A stretch of DNA of 63,962 bases, counting the filler, from Reticulomyxa filosa (taxonomy: Eukaryota > Protista > Foraminifera): NCBI GenBank assembly GCA_000512085.1. It is 12 parts of 12 records of this genome, joined end to end, with 100 filler letters (N's around TTAATTAATTAA, not from the genome) between each part and the next. Parts side by side here need not be neighbours in the genome. Positions count along the whole stretch, not along the records: positions 33,495 to 49,314 come from ASPP01040213.1; positions 49,415 to 51,727 come from ASPP01026728.1; 10 more parts are not named here. One strand, written 5' to 3'. The position numbers were made by a program, and so were the translations under genes. Positions 39,629 through 51,827 of this stretch are shown piece after piece. Numbering within the stretch: position 1 is the stretch's first letter; every line of letters starts with the position of its first letter. The notes beneath the pieces are model-generated. The model was not told the origin of the DNA, did no database searches, and worked only from the letters and a program-made list of their open reading frames with translations.

Positions 39629-40139
39629 TCAGCAAGATGACTTCAATTGCTTGGAATTGAAGCTAAAACAACGTGAAAGAGTAGATGTGTTCGTTTTATG
39701 TTTTTGTTTTTGTTGTTTGTGGTATTGAAGAGTGGGCAAGTACAAATAGCTTGAAGCTCTCAAATTTTTAAAAGATGGTTTTAAGTCGTGTTTATAGTTT
39801 CAGTATAACATGCAATGCCTCATATGTTCGTTGTTTGTTGAAGGAAGTTAAATTTTCGATATCTACGTTTTGCATATTTTTTCTGCAAACTTTACCAATA
39901 GCTCTTTTTAATGTTTTTTTCTTTGACTATGGTAGATACCAACCAGTTTTTTATTGCTTGATCTGGAAGTAATTGAATAGGGTCACCAAAAAACTTCTTT
40001 AAAGTTTGGTGGTTCATTGGGTTTTAAATTTACAAAATGAATTAGTTTTGGTTATCGAACACAAAAGTAGATAGAAGATTATGGTTCAAAACAAACTGCT
40101 CAAGTTTACAAACTGAAACAAAGAAAAGGTGTGCATTCA

Positions 40140-43100
40140 TTATTCTGAAAGTTGTCGGTCTTTCAATTTTGACATCTGTTGTTCATTTAAGCCGCTCTTT
40201 TGCAGCTTAACGCACATCTCTTCGATCAACAGTTTCAGGCGATCATCAATTTTCGGAGTTTGATATTTTACTTTTGGTTTTCTGAGTATTTTTCAAAAGC
40301 AATATTTGTGATTTTGTAAGTATGTTGAAAATAAAGAAGAAAGGGAAAAAATAAGATATCTAACTTCTTGAACATTTCTTGTGCTAAGTTTTCCAATGCC
40401 TTTAAAAACAACTCAAAATCTAGCTCGTGTTTCAACTCCTGTTCCGAACCAAAACAAAAAAAATATTTAGCGATTTTTATTAAAACAAGTCAGAGAAAAA
40501 AGATACAAAACTGGCAATGTCAGGTAAAAGGCAGCACTAATTTGCGATGATGTGGGTTTTCCACCATCTTTGAATCGATTATTTCCACTGAAAACATCGG
40601 TACAAAACAACTGCCATTCTGCAATTCCTAATCCATAATCATTGCGGTCTGTATTTCCATCGTTGTCTGATTTGGCATAAACAAAAAATAAATTCTCCAA
40701 GACAGTCTTATTTTTGTGAATAATGGATCGTTTAGTTCTTTCGTCCAACTTTTCGATCGCATCCCATACGTATGGAATTAAATATTCTGAACAAACACAT
40801 TGATGGCAGCGAATCTTGGCAAATCGGGCCATCGCATTTTTGCCAATAAACTGACTGCATCCCAAAATTCGTAGCGAGCTAATCCTTGAGTGTTTGGTAA
40901 TCCTTCCTCATTGTCTAATTCTGTCAATTGTATAAATCACAAACAATTTATTTATATATGTATATGTGTATACATATATTTTTTTTTTTGTAGGTCCTCC
41001 TTTTTGTGCACCAAGCATTAAAAAAAGTCAAAAATGATATATTTGTGTTCTATTGCCTTGTCTATTGAATTTATTTCTGCCCTTCGTTATTACCGTTAAC
41101 TTTATATAAGATCATAGTTTTTGATGCACGTGATGTATTGTCTTCAATATTTGTCCATGTAACTTCCATTTTTGGCAATTGTTGTGGATGATCGGATAAC
41201 TTCAATTTACATTCCATTTTTTTAATTTGTCCCAATTGGTCTCCTTGATGCCATTGAATGACAAGATGAGCGATCGTGTGATCCAATTGACCAAGTACCC
41301 CAGTGATTTCACAGTACTCTGCAGTTTTGATGCAACCCACAACTCTGCTATCGCCGATTTGTTTCAAGCGATATCGCTCTACCACGTCAGAGTCGTTCTT
41401 TCTGTCTTCTTCCCAGATCCCTGTCCATGGATCATCATCCTCTAATCTCACCAAACACAATGCAATACTAAAGCAGACAAGATAAAACAAGGCAAATGGG
41501 CATACATTGCACACACACAACAAAAGCAATTGTTTATAAAAAAACAAAGTAATGATATATACAAAACTCAATGATTCACCCAAATTGCCAAAGGCAGTGG
41601 TAATGAATCTTTCATGTTGTTGTTGTTGCTTTGCATTTTCTTTCTTTTTTTTTTTTTTTTTTTCGTGACTCGAAAACACGCGTCCAAACAATTCTTGGAA
41701 TCCATTTTTATCGCAATTGTCAATGCTTTTTGTTGACACATAGCAATCCAATAGCATTTGCACCCATCCTGATGCCGTAATCCAATGAGGATCACCTCCA
41801 ATCTTGCTGGATGATTAAATTATTTAAATATTGTAATTATCATTGGGACACGCATGCATGTAAATATGAAAAAAAAAAAAAAAAAAAAAAAGGGGGAAAT
41901 ACCAATAGCGTCGAAATGTTTTGTGGAGTAGATCAGAGTGTTTGATGAAGATCAATTTGGTATATTTCCTTTCATCTGTAGAGAGTCCTTCGAGTCCTCT
42001 TTCAAATTTACGCAAGTCTCTTTCAAGTTTTTTCAGTTCGGTGGCCTTTTGCGGCAATTGTAACTCTTGCAACTTTCCGATAATGTGTTCCACGTCCTTT
42101 TCACAAAAGCCAACAATCCAAAAAAGAGGACGTACACAGAGACACTCCAAAGACAAAAACATAAAAAGACTCATACTGAAGGGAGGATGTCCATTGAAAG
42201 TAATTTGGCAGTCTATTTCGTTATATTGCACAAAAGTGATGTGTTATTGAATACACGAATACAAATACAAAAGCAAAGACAAAAAAAAAATTCGTTGGTC
42301 AAAACTGTTTCTTCCGCTTGAAGCTTTCGCAACTCTTCCGAGCCAATGAGAGCTTCATCCGTGTCCGTGTCATCATCATCACTTTCAAACTCTGTCTTCA
42401 TCGCATCGGCCTCTGCGTCGCTGTCCGAGTGTTCGACGGCGTCGTTTTCAACATTTTCTGTCTTTGCATTGGTGGTTTGCTGCGACTGCGCCACCAATCG
42501 TCTCACTTTTTCCAATAATTGCTGCGAGACTTCACTTGGGACAAACGGGCTCAATCGTATTGGCTTTCTTGCCTCTGGGAGAGTTGGCACTTGCAACTGC
42601 GGCATGTCCATTGCAGATACACTTTCATTTACTGTTGCAAGGGACTTGATTGGCTTCTCTTTGTCCTCTGTTCCATTGTTATCAAAGGTCGAATGTCCGA
42701 TTTCGGACACTATTCCGTGCTCTGACATTGTCGTCGTCGTAATGTCGTGACTGGACAATTCTGCGATCAACGAGCGACCGTCTTCTGTTTGCTCCACTTT
42801 TGGCGTGCTCGCTTCTCTTTCTTCGCCATTTCCACTCTTTAGCGACACCAATCGATCTGTTATGTCTTTGAACTTATTCTTTTCTGTTCCTATCATCTTT
42901 TGTTGCATTGCATTTATCATTGCTCTTTTTTGTCATATCACTTCTCACACACACACAATCTGTTTCGCAACTTGATGCAGTTGGCGGAAACCTTGACTAA
43001 TACTTTCGCTATGACTGCCCAAATCATTTAAGAGGTCTTCTAATCCCATTCGTATTTCTTTAATATGATTTAGACGGTCCACATATTGGCCGATCAATTG

Positions 43101-43346
43101 TTCTTCTATCGATTCTAGAGGTGCCTTCAAAACAACAACCAATTATATTTTCTCGCAAGCACGAGAAAAAAACGCTTTAACTTGAGAATTGTCCGGTGCA
43201 ATACCTAAGCCCTCAGGGTTGTCGGTTATCACGCTTGTGAGTCGAGGTTCATCAGCTCCCTTATCTTCACTATCAACAACATCCCCCCGGATGTGTTCTT
43301 CTGCTTCAACTTCTTCTGCAATGTGATCCAGTCGATTTTCGGTCAT
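40140..43346 (-). CDS. Multi-exon protein with coiled coil and C-terminal EF-hand/p25-alpha-like helical region
   Basis: Chain of coding exons (ORFs 43143, 42945, 42213, 41824, 41071, 40467). C-terminal LENLFFVYA...LGIAEWQLFC...LDFELFLKALENLA. Confidence 0.55.
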
Positions 43347-43686
43347 GACAAGAGTTATTAACTGCCCCCCAGCAAAAACAAACTTTAACAAAGCAAAAGA
43401 CTGTAATATGAACACAGATTTTTCATTATTTTTAGTGTTATTTGAAGCCACAAAATTACTGACCTTTTTAAATACTTCAAAAAAAAGATATTAGGGATTT
43501 TAGCCCCATACATGATGAAAAATATAAATGCAAAAGCGCAAAACAGTACAAAAACTTTCAGATATGAACCATCAAACTAATAAAAATGAACCCATAATAT
43601 TTCAAAAAAAGTAAAAGGTCTGTCCCCAAATCGCCGCTAACAGAACGGCTTGTGATCACGCAAAAAAAAGGCGGTGATAAAGCTAT

Positions 43687-44409
43687 TTAACGAAGAATTG
43701 AAGCGAGTATTTCACCATCGACTGATCGGATTATAGTTTGGAACTCTCTAGTGATTATAAAGCTATAAACTAAAAATGCAATCCAGACAATCGGAAGTAC
43801 AATAAATGTGGTTTGTTCCATTTTTAAAAGCCAAACAATGAAATAAATGTCCACCGCTAAAGTAGCCGCTAAGTAAAATAGGAACCACGCTAACAATGAA
43901 CTGTTTAGATGTTCGGCTCCTGTAAATAATTGTAGAAAGCCGCACAAGGAATTTCCTCAAACGTTATAGACAGAAAAGGAGATATGTCTATACTTTTTTT
44001 TTACGCACACTAAGTACCTTGAAAGCCAAGTACGCACAATATCAATGCCACCGCCACAAACAGCAAAAACCACCACACTTGAAAAACTAAAAATAAGACT
44101 CCTACTAATATCCAGCAGCAAATATTAACGCTGGTAATAATCTCTGTGAGAAGAACCAAATATAAAACGTCATTAACACGCTTTTTTTTACTTCCTTCTC
44201 TTATATTTTGTTACTTAACGTACTCCAATTTGATGGGAAAAACAAAAACAACAAGTACGAGCGACCAATTTATGCATTATTCTTGAACGGCGGTCATCAG
44301 CAACGGGATGCACCGGCACTACCACTACGTTCGTAATAGGTTGTTGAACCGGAACAACGGTCGTAACTGGCACTGAAGGCTGAGTTGCTGTTCCTTCCCC
44401 TATTTGCAT
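43687..44409 (-). CDS. Small four-TM membrane protein (LAPTM/tetraspanin-like)
   Basis: CCFCFSHQIGV before TM1. Three exons with hydrophobic helices. Confidence 0.5.
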
Positions 44410-44711
44410 CTTACTTACTCAAGCACAATAACAAAAATGTTCAAGAAATCTCAGTGATTATTTACCACTGTCCTTTTTTGAATTTCCTAAAAAACGAGTT
44501 TTGCTACACGAAACGTTTAACTTTAGATTATTTGCAAGAAGTTCCTCATATCGATGTGATTTCAGAAAAATTTTACTGATTTGATTGATTTCAAAATTAT
44601 TTATTTTTTGTAACATAATAAAAATCCAGTTTTACATACGTTGAAATTTGATTCTTCAGATATTGAACAAACCTGAGATTAATTTATTAATTAAGAAATT
44701 ATTACAATATT

Positions 44712-44938
44712 TGTAGGGCAAGGCCCTATAAATATCTGAACGTTGAAGGAACCTGGGAGTCCCCAGTGGGCTAAAACTCATCAACCAACTTCACTTACTC
44801 TTTTGCTTTGTTTTCTTCTTTGGTGCGTTATTTATCTTTCTTTTATTTAATTTACTTTTGTTTTATCGAACATTGGTTTCTTGAGCAAAACCATTTTCGT
44901 ATTACATTTAGTACACCTCTTCCAGCTGACGTCCCACA
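44712..44938 (+). mobile_element. Solo-LTR-like element, 227 bp, with perfect 4-bp TSD (TATT)
   Basis: TATT|TGTAGGG...GTCCCACA|TATT. Homologous to 3048-3271. Confidence 0.82.
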
Positions 44939-45379
44939 TATTTTTTTTTCAAAATTGCTTGCACGGGTGGCGTGTAATGTGTAACTTACTAACTCAATGC
45001 GTTAGTCAGCTACCATTACAAACTGACCCTCCCCGCTGCTGAACAAAAGCAAGTTAATCGTACCTGGCACCCAAAAAACGAAAAAGACAAAACAAAACGG
45101 TTTCACAACAGAAAAAAGTTTTAGACAGGTTTTTCAAAAAAGATTTTTGATTTCACAAGTTTTTTCTTGCATGCCAACGGCATTTCACGTTTGCAGAGCA
45201 GGCACTCGTTGACTGTCCTCGTTCCACTGAACTCTGATGTGTCCCTGGTAACAATAACTTCGTCATTGACTTTTTGCCGACTTGCGTTGGTTTTTTGCGG
45301 ATTTGTCACTAATAATGCTGTCTCATCTTTTCCCATCTTCAATCACTGGTATTTCTCATTTTCACAAATCTTTCTCAAA

Positions 45380-46950
45380 CGTACTTCACGTTGTTCAGAA
45401 GTACGTCCATGCTTTTACTTTTTCAATCAAACTTTCCTTCTTGTCAATTCTTTTATGATCTTGATTCTTGTGGCATGTGACAATTTTTTGTCACTAGTAA
45501 GTAAATGCTTCAGATCCATTATTTTTCCATTTAATTCTGGAAGCAAGTCGTCAAAGCAGTAAACCATTTCATACTTATATCATTGTAATGTGGACACTTC
45601 ATTAAAAAATGATCCACAGTTTCTCGTTTTTGCATCAATTACACTCTGGTGAATGTGCAATGCTGATTTTGTTGATGTAATAATTTAACACTACTTTACC
45701 TTTAATAATTCTGCATATGATTCTTCGCTAATGTATATCTAAACTATGAAGTATAATTTTTTTAAATGGTTGTCCTTCAACTAGATTAAGTATTTATTTC
45801 TTGGGATGCTTGTGATTATGTCTTTCATTCACTTCATTGATCCAATGTCTATTACACAATAATGTAAAATAGTGATCCAGTCAATGTGCATTTAAGAAAG
45901 ATGCACTTTTAGAAATATTTCATGATGTGTTTTTTGTCACTTTATCGTGTACGCTTTGCAACTTGATATAGACTTTCATTTCCTAAAATACCTGAATGCT
46001 CTTTGACCAATAAATTTCATGCATATTTTCAGCATCAATCTGTGACATAATTCTCTGACAGTCACTAACTTGAGATTTAAAATTTATGCATCACATTTAT
46101 TCATGATTGTGTTTAATGCAAATTTACGCTCATTCAAAATTATACTAGCTCTGCTTTATGCTTGTAATATTCGTTCACGTATTCTGATGTAATTTTTATT
46201 GCTTCAATTTCTTGTAGTAATTTCTTGTAGTAATTTCTTTTCAAATATCACAAATTCCAGGATTTTGCACTGTACTTGAATGTGTAAATATTACAATACA
46301 ATTGCTGTCTAATAATGTTAGTATTTGACTTGATGTTAGTTCAATCCATTTTTGAAACGGTGATTTAATTGAATATGTAATATTGGACAAATGGTTTCAT
46401 ATTAGAAATTATATCAATACAATGCAATTCGGCCAATGAAATATTAATGCAATCACGTGACAGTGTCGAAAGTTTATTAACAAGCAAAAATATTCTACTG
46501 GTTGAAATCATGATCACTTTTCATAATTAGTATGCTTGACTGATATTGTGATTTGGAAATTTTTCTGAGCATAGTTTAAATCGTTGAAATAACTTTACAT
46601 CTTCTTACTGTCTTCTAAATTATAAAGGATACATTTGGGAAATAATGTTGATGCATCATAAGCATTACTTTGCATTAATCCCAATATTCTGCAAACAACT
46701 ATTTTTTAAATTTTTTCAAATTTATTCTTATGTGATTAAGGGGCATCATTCTAGAATGTGCATGCATATCCAAATTCGGTCTGATTATTGTTTTATATAA
46801 AAAATTGTAAACACTTAAGCTGGGTATAATTCCTTTATAGGAACAAAGGGAAGTCAAAAGACGATAATTTAATTTTAATTTCTGGAATTTTTGCATCCCT
46901 AAGATAGACTGATAATGGTGGAAACTTCCTTTTATTTATGCGACAAAACG
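45380..46950 (-). mobile_element. Decayed non-LTR (LINE) retrotransposon ORF2 3' portion
   Basis: RT thumb-like LYKTIIRPNL (~46770-46800) and C-terminal zinc-knuckle HSPECN*CK..ETVDHFLMKCPHY (~45585-45660). Many stops and frameshifts. Confidence 0.75.
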
Positions 46951-47482
46951 TAATACATTGAGATTTTTCTTATGACAACACAATCTTCGATTTTGATGGT
47001 TGAAATCATATATTGATAAACTAATATGATATATCATCATTATACACTTTCAATCGAAAAAAATAAATAAAAGTTTCTCTAATCATGCAAATTTCATTTT
47101 TTTATGTATTTATATATATGGGGGATCCCGAAAAATCACACATGCATAACACTTTTTGAAATAATTATCATCTTATTTATAATTTCAAAATTATTATATT
47201 ATTCTTTTTTCATTATATATTTTCATATTTCAAAAAAGAAATGTCAATTTTTTTATTTCGTAGAATTTCGTAGAATCATAATGCATAAATTTAAAACTAT
47301 TGCCGAACTCAGAAAGAAAATAAAGAGCAACCCCTTTATAATGCAATGAAGAAACTTCAAAGTTTATATTAACAAGTTTGATGAGGAGCAATACATTTAA
47401 GAGTGCCCAAAGTCAGAAAGGTTAGAGTAGTCAAGCGTTGCAGAAAGTTTTCTTACCAGCAATTGTCGAACGCAGCAAATCC

Positions 47483-47592
47483 AAAAATACGAAAAAATAA
47501 AAAAATAAAAAAAAAGTTAAACTATGTGCCATGCGGCACTTCGTGCCGCCTGGCTCATAGTTTTACTTTTTTTTTATTTTTTCGTTATTTTT
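47483..47592. repeat. ~110-bp imperfect palindrome with GC-rich apex
   Basis: ACGAAAAAATAAAA...AAAGT-T-AAACTATG-T-GCCA-T-GCGGCAC [TTC] GTGCCGC-C-TGGC-T-CATAGTTT-T-ACTTT...TTTTATTTTTTCGT. Confidence 0.9.
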
Positions 47593-48155
47593 TTTTTTAA
47601 TTTGTTGAATTTGGTTGGTGATATGATTATTTCATTCGTTTAAGTTTATGTAAAAGATTAGAATTTGTTTTATTGATAGTAAATAATCGATTTATGAAAA
47701 CAATTTTATTTAATGCACCTTATTTAAATAACGAAATTTATTTGATACATTTATATTTAGTTGCATATTTTTAATGGAATGGTTTAAATGCTTATCCAAA
47801 TAAAGAACGGTTAAAAGGATATATTAAAAGTATAACCAAATTAGAAACAGTAATTGCAAAGAAAGTATGAAACATTTATATTGCATTGATAATAATAAAT
47901 CATTTTTTTTTTTAGAGCAATTTGTTACCGATTGTAAAACAAACATACAATGCGTAGAAGTACAAACAAAGTGAAAGGTGATAATAGATTAAATGCATTG
48001 ATTGAATAATCACAACATATTCTCAGTCACTCAGAATTGATGAACTTATTTTCGAAACAATTGAAAGTTTCATATGAAGACGTATAAATTGAATACACAA
48101 GCGCTTATTACAAAAGAAAATATATACAATATTCAAACATGATCATTTCATCGTC

Positions 48156-48470
48156 GTGATGCATCCACTAATCAAACGTATTTTCAATTGTATCTTAATT
48201 CAACAAAACGAGTCCATTTTTATCGATTTTATAAGTCCAAATTTTCAAAACTTATTAATGATTTCAAAGAAATTGATAAGAAATAGTATATTTTATTTTG
48301 ACACTAATGTATTATTCATTATTATTATTGCTTTGTAATATTGAAATATCAACACACCAAATGCCATCTTCATGCCCATTGAAAACATGTAATGATTTTG
48401 ATGTTTCAATATCACATAAACGAATAGTACTATCACCAGATTCAGAACACAAATATACTAAAATTTTCGT
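48156..48470 (-). pseudogene. WD40-family pseudogene fragment
   Basis: CSESGDSTIRLCDIETSKSLHVFNGHEDGIWCVDIS. The surrounding frames are broken. Confidence 0.7.
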
Positions 48471-49050
48471 TAGAAACACAAAAAGTTCATATTTTAGTGT
48501 TGGCTAATTTTTTTTGTCTCAACTGTATTTTTTCCATTAATTTGGCTAATTTCTACGATCTATCCAAAATTCCAATGTTTTTTTTTGCATGTGAAGCGAA
48601 GAAAAAAATGGTGCTGTGACCATGATAACAACTATTTGAATATAATACTTGGTGTTAAGCTTTTGTTAGTATACGTTTTTGGTAATGTTCGTGCTAACAT
48701 CAATATTTTTTGATCTTTTTTGTTTATCTTTTAACAAATACACTCAACGGATTTTGTAAATATAAGCTACTTCAATTTGAATACTTAAAAAATTACACCC
48801 AAATGAGTTTGTATTTAATTTGTTTTGCATTTGCTTATTTAATTGCTGAAGTCGACAATAACACTAGAAATCATTTTAAAAGTAAAGTGAGAGCGCTTGA
48901 GAAACAACAAGAATGACGAAAAAATTAGTCAACTAGTTTCACAATCCTAGCCAAAAGCTTTTTTGCCGAATAAATGTTAAAAACAAGTGCTCAAATCTTT
49001 CAAGTACTCAAATTTTTTGCTAGTATTCGCTCATTTTTAGTTTTTGCTCA

Positions 49051-49227
<177 letters not shown>

Positions 49228-49700
49228 TCACAACGATGGCAATATCCATTCAATGAAAGGAATATTAATTGTTATACGTACATGTATTTTGAGGAAAAGA
49301 AAAAGTACTGTATTNNNNNNNNNNNNNNNNNNNNNNNNNNNNNNNNNNNNNNNNNNNNTTAATTAATTAANNNNNNNNNNNNNNNNNNNNNNNNNNNNNN
49401 NNNNNNNNNNNNNNTTTGCTATATCACTCTAATTTTGGCTTGATGAAAGAAAAAAAAAGCATAAATATGCACACTGTCGGAAACTTATCAAAAAAAAAAT
49501 GGTTTGCTCCTTTTTGATATTTACACTTTTGAACTTTTTTTCTTTTTGCTTCCAACCTCGACCTTGAAAGTAATCTTGGGTTCAACACCAACACTGACAA
49601 TTTTCAAAAATACAATGTTTTGTACAACAATGTGCTTTCGACGAGTTTGTCCGGAGACTGTAGCTGCAAAAAGGAACACATAGTATTGATAATAACATAA

Positions 49701-50332
49701 AACCTAGGTGTGACCTCTTTTCGGATAGCTTTCCCCCTCATGAATCATTTTTTAGGTAGGGGACCCTAAGGTTATTAAATCTCGCAAGTGCGAAAGTGCG
49801 CGCTTGTGATGACCAAGCAATACTTTGAGCTCAGAAACACTTAACTCGGATAACATTAAAGGTTAAGTCTGACTATGAAAGTCTGGAAGATAGAGAAACC
49901 CTTATATCTAAGGTTCTCTTATGAAAGATATAGGTCTATATGGTCTATATCATTCATACATTATCTTCCCCTGTTTCGGAGTAGACCTTGGCATAACCGA
50001 TCATGCCTTCCTTGTCTATTCAAAGGACTTAATATGAAGGTAATAAGTTGAATGAAGAATGATCTTTGGTATAATTTTCACTTAGTGAAAGGTGATCTGT
50101 CACGCAGAATAGAATGCTCTTCATTAGGAAGCAGTATGTGTATGATATGGGTGCGCATGATGTACTAGAACATCAGTCAAAATTGCTGCTGCTATTTAGT
50201 AGCATACTGACATCAGATGTCTAAGTTGACTTGATTGATCAACATGTCAAAAACAGCAGGAGCTTTGCTTTGTTGAATAGTGGTACATTGTGACACACCC
50301 GATCCAATGGAAGGTAAATTGAAAAATTTTGC
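49701..50332 (+). ncRNA. Putative large (~630 nt) highly structured non-coding RNA, class unassigned
   Basis: No ORF >=60 aa. Visibly more GC-rich than the flanks. About ten consecutive or nested helices, including multi-way junctions, and the non-Watson-Crick pairs are predominantly G-U on the + strand (details under findings). Confidence 0.7.
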
Positions 50333-50879
50333 ATTAATAAATCAGTTACATAAAAAATAATGTATATTATTATATTATATTACATTCAAGAATATATAAG
50401 ATTAATAGAACGTCGTTTAAAAAAGGCTTTCAATTAAACACAAAGACAGTATATAAACGCAATATCGAAAGATTTACAAGAAGCCATAATTTATAACTAT
50501 TTTTATTTATTAAAAAATATATTCCCAAGAAATCAATTCTTTAAAAAAAATATATGTTAGGATTTTCCTATTGACTCGTGCAAAGACATCGAAGAATTAA
50601 AAATAAATGAAACAATGTCATATTCGGTTGGCAAAAGAAAATATAAAATTAAAAAGATTAATGATAACAAATTTATCCAATTTAACATTAAAGCAAACAA
50701 GACAATTGCAGTTCGAAAAATTGAAAAAAAAAATAATATTAAGAAAGAAAAAGAAATTACTGATTGCATAATATGTAAAAATGATAAACGAACTAATATT
50801 TTATAGCGTGTACTGTATATCGACTTGCAGTCACAAGTTTTAACAAATTTTCATTACATGAATTTTACAAAATATAAAT

Positions 50880-51580
50880 CAAAAAGGGGCCACTTGCATA
50901 GTAGCACTAGTAGTATTATTATCACTTTTTGCATCAGCAGACGCAGCTGTATGCTGAGCTCTTTGTTGTAAATATACTCTTCTTTCTGAGTGTCGTTGTG
51001 AGTAACTCATTACAGACCGCACATATATGACTTGGAATGTTCTTCCTTGACAATCTATCTTCAACAAAAAATCCGCTATTTCCTTCGTGCATAGTTGTGC
51101 TGTGTCACAAGATAATACAAGCCATAAAATATCAGCATTAAACCCAGTTCTACTGCACTTTGCTCGATTATCACCAACAGGACACCTTGAAAAGGAAAGA
51201 GGAAAGATGAGATTGAAAAAAAAAGGACTTTTTTTTGTGTGTTCAGTTCAAAGATGATCACCCCTTTTTTTTTAATCACAAAAAAAAAAAACCGAAAAGC
51301 TCCAAAACCAAAAGAATATACTCACTGATTGTGAGAATATTACATATTTTATAACACGAATAAAACCACTGATACACGTAGCGCGGTGTTTTACTCCCCA
51401 TCGATATGCTATTGACCAACCGATACAAGAAATACTCGATGAGAATTATACCAAACAAATATCATTCGATAGAATATTGAATATACACTCCACAAGAACG
51501 GAAACAGCCATAATCCGATCAACGTCACCACAAAATACGATTGCCTGTGTTTTCTTTTCCAATACACAATACTCGCCTAA
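50880..51580 (-). pseudogene. RNF121/RNF175-like TM-RING E3 ligase, disrupted
   Basis: YWKRKHRQSYFVVTLIGLWLFP, KTPRYVYQWF, GLMLIFYGLYY and ICAVC match RNF121. A frameshift, an in-frame stop and a degenerate RING follow. Confidence 0.7.
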
Positions 51581-51827
51581 CATTTTTGATTTTTTTACGT
51601 TTTCAAAAAGGTTGGACTATGACATTGTTTTCTTTTTAAAAAGACGAAAAAGGCAAGTGAGAACATAGATTTCAAAAGTGAGGATTTGCGAAGTTTTTTT
51701 TTTAAGAAAAAAAAAATTAAAGGTGGTNNNNNNNNNNNNNNNNNNNNNNNNNNNNNNNNNNNNNNNNNNNNTTAATTAATTAANNNNNNNNNNNNNNNNN
51801 NNNNNNNNNNNNNNNNNNNNNNNNNNN

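Noticed and set aside
49720-49762. Resemblance to LSU rRNA (GATAGCT...TTTAGGTAG), and RNase P/MRP, SRP or group II intron motifs elsewhere in the island
   Set aside because: Only short scattered word matches, with no colinear conserved core (P4, SRP helix 8, domain V).
49806-49872. Box C (GTGATGA) and box D (CTGA) suggesting a small C/D snoRNA
   Set aside because: Both boxes overlap predicted helices, I recognise no rRNA guide, and it would not explain the other ~550 structured nucleotides. Not fully excluded.
49865-49940. Group I intron R/S-like words (GACTA ... AAGATATAGGTC)
   Set aside because: P7 would need TAGTC. The S-like word lies in a strong 16-bp local hairpin, and no host gene or P/Q elements are evident.
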